From Myxococcota bacterium (GTDB lineage: Bacteria; Myxococcota_A; Polyangia; Nannocystales; Nannocystaceae), in NCBI GenBank assembly GCA_039028615.1, contig JBCCHT010000012.1:194465-258464 (forward strand): a stretch of DNA of 64,000 bases, written 5' to 3'. Below, in pieces: positions 62,454-64,000 of the stretch. How positions within the stretch are numbered: the first letter of the stretch is position 1; each line of letters starts with the position of its first letter. A program made the position numbers and the translations under genes. The notes below the pieces were generated by a model. It did not search any database. It was not told the origin of the DNA and worked only from the letters and a program-made list of their open reading frames with translations.

Positions 62454-63448
62454 AGATCCTGTCCGGGGACATCGGAGGCACCAACGCCCGCCTCGCCTTG
62501 TGCGAGGTCGAAGGCCGTACGGTGCGCCGCGACATTCAAGCCACCTACGACAGCAAGCGCTACGACACGCTGGCCGACATCGCCCGCGACTTCATTTCCG
62601 AGCACAAGATCGAGGTCCGCAACGCGTGCTTCGGCGTGCCGGGGCCCGTGCAGGGCCGACGGGCGCAGGTCACCAACCTGCCCTGGAACGTCGACGCCGA
62701 CGAGCTCGAGCGCAACCTGGGCATCGACTCCGTCTTCCTGCTCAACGACCTCGAGGCCAACGCCCACGGTCTGGAGACGCTGTCGGACGCCGATTTCCGC
62801 GAGCTACGACCCGGCTCGGGCGTCAGCGGTAACGCGGGCCTGCTCTCGGCCGGCACCGGTCTCGGCGAGGCCGGGCTCGTGTGGGATGGCCAGCGCCACC
62901 GCCCCTTCGCCTGCGAGGGCGGCCACACCGACTTCGCCCCGCGCGACGACGAAGAGATCGATCTGCACCGCTTTTTGCGGGCCAAGTTCGGGCCTCACGT
63001 CAGCTGGGAGCGCTGCGTGTCCGGGCCGGGCTTGGTCAACATCTACGAGTACTACCTGAGCGTCGATCCGGGTGCGGAGGACAAGGCCCTGGCCGATGCC
63101 ATCGCCAACGGTAGCGATCCGGCGGCGGAGATTTCCAAGGCGGCGGCCTCGGGCAAGGGGTCGCTGGCGTACCGGGCGGTGATGAAGTTCCTGGCGCTGT
63201 ACGGCGCGGAGGCGGGCAACTTGGCCCTCAAGGTGCTGGCGGTCAGCGGCATGTACCTCGGAGGTGGCATCGCGCCCAAGCTGGCGCCGCTTTTGCCCGA
63301 GTCGGACTTCATCGAGCGGTTCCAGGCGAAGGGGCGCATGCGTCCGTTGCTGGAGTCCATTGGGCTGAGCATCGTGATGAACGACCGGGCTGCCCTGCAG
63401 GGGGCGGCCAGCTACGCGGCTCGGCGGGCTCGTGGCGAGCAGGCCTGA
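62450..63448 (+). CDS. glk: Glucokinase
   Basis: GDIGGTNARL, TNLPW, LLNDLEA, GTGLG, EGGH, ERCVSGPGL, GGGIAPK. ATGA overlap with tal-pgi. Confidence 0.95.
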   Translation: MKILSGDIGGTNARLALCEVEGRTVRRDIQATYDSKRYDTLADIARDFISEHKIEVRNACFGVPGPVQGRRAQVTNLPWNVDADELERNLGIDSVFLLNDLEANAHGLETLSDADFRELRPGSGVSGNAGLLSAGTGLGEAGLVWDGQRHRPFACEGGHTDFAPRDDEEIDLHRFLRAKFGPHVSWERCVSGPGLVNIYEYYLSVDPGAEDKALADAIANGSDPAAEISKAAASGKGSLAYRAVMKFLALYGAEAGNLALKVLAVSGMYLGGGIAPKLAPLLPESDFIERFQAKGRMRPLLESIGLSIVMNDRAALQGAASYAARRARGEQA

Positions 63449-63471
63449 GTCGGTCTCGCACGGAGAATCGA

Positions 63472-63508
63472 GAGGGGGAGTCCGGGGGTGCCTGGGCTCC
63501 CTTTCTTC
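63472..63508 (+). terminator. Probable intrinsic terminator after glk
   Basis: GGGAGTCCGGG/CCTGGGCTCCC stem followed by TTTCTTC. Confidence 0.55.
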
Positions 63509-63625
63509 ATTGGTTGCGGTGTGGACCCAGGCTCCGTTTCTTCTTTGCGGAGGCGCGAGGATATCTGGGTTGAGCGCTCGGGGTGTGGGGAAGGTTTGGC
63601 GTGCCGGTCCGCAGGGGTCGCCTGT

Positions 63626-63771
63626 TCGCCGGGCCGAGGGTGCCGTCCGTGCTCAAACAGTTGACGCGATGCCCTAGGGGCAGCGTACGACCTCGTGCCC
63701 CGATGGTTGACCTCGGGGGGTGTGGGCGAGGCACGGCAAACTGCGCGCGCACGGCACCCTCGGCCCGGCGA
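63626..63771. repeat. 21-bp perfect inverted repeat pair (REP/MITE-like)
   Basis: TCGCCGGGCCGAGGGTGCCGT (63626-63646) is the exact reverse complement of 63751-63771, with imperfect extension on both sides. Confidence 0.7.
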
Positions 63772-64000
63772 GCGGCTCCCTCTGTACACCGCCACTGAGA
63801 CCGATCCAGAGTGCGTGGGTGGTGGGGTTGGTGGCGCGCCAGGGGGGTTCGCCTCGGGTGGACGTCGTCGGTCATTCGGGGGTTGTGTCGGTGGCTCGGG
63901 GGCCCCGCTGAACTCGTGGTTTTCGCTTCCGATCTTTGGCTCGAGCGTTGCCAGCGGGCCGGCATTGGAAGCGACCGCGCGAAGCTACGTCTGACTTCAA

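Noticed and set aside
63432..64000. Several short ORFs at the window end
   Set aside because: Arg/Pro/Gly-rich translations without coding bias that overlap the terminator and inverted repeat.

Overview
High-GC bacterial DNA with strong G/C bias at third codon positions. The gene content points to a myxobacterium, most likely Nannocystaceae-like (inference): a MYXO-CTERM protein, Hanks-type kinases, many Cys-rich lipoproteins with Ser/Thr/Gly/Asp linkers and STAS/SEC14-like proteins. About 45 CDS are supportable. Housekeeping and metabolic genes include mobA, fdhD, kbl, an SDR-type threonine dehydrogenase, sppA, a Suv3-like helicase, a PLP aminotransferase, a Mur ligase, an acyl-CoA dehydrogenase, a GltS-like symporter, a tal-pgi fusion and glk. 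I recognised no rRNA, tRNA, CRISPR array or transposase. Top finding: a translationally coupled, intact gatE-gatD pair (41081-44529), the Glu-tRNA(Gln) amidotransferase classically described as archaea-specific, sitting in a bacterial chromosome. Second: a coupled pair made of a GHKL ATPase carrying a membrane-flanked transglutaminase-like domain and a paralogous GHKL protein with a degenerate ATPase site (50308-54923). Other observations are several eukaryote-like or unusual fusions (4-Cys LDL-receptor class A repeats, a copper monooxygenase plus heme-c-like domain, PNGase F plus fibro-slime, TerB plus PPP phosphatase), an N-terminally truncated MurE, an unlisted 30-aa hydrophobic ORF and structured intergenic RNA candidates. 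All family calls are by-eye motif recognition with no database search, and several start codons were re-picked downstream of the ORF-track starts.
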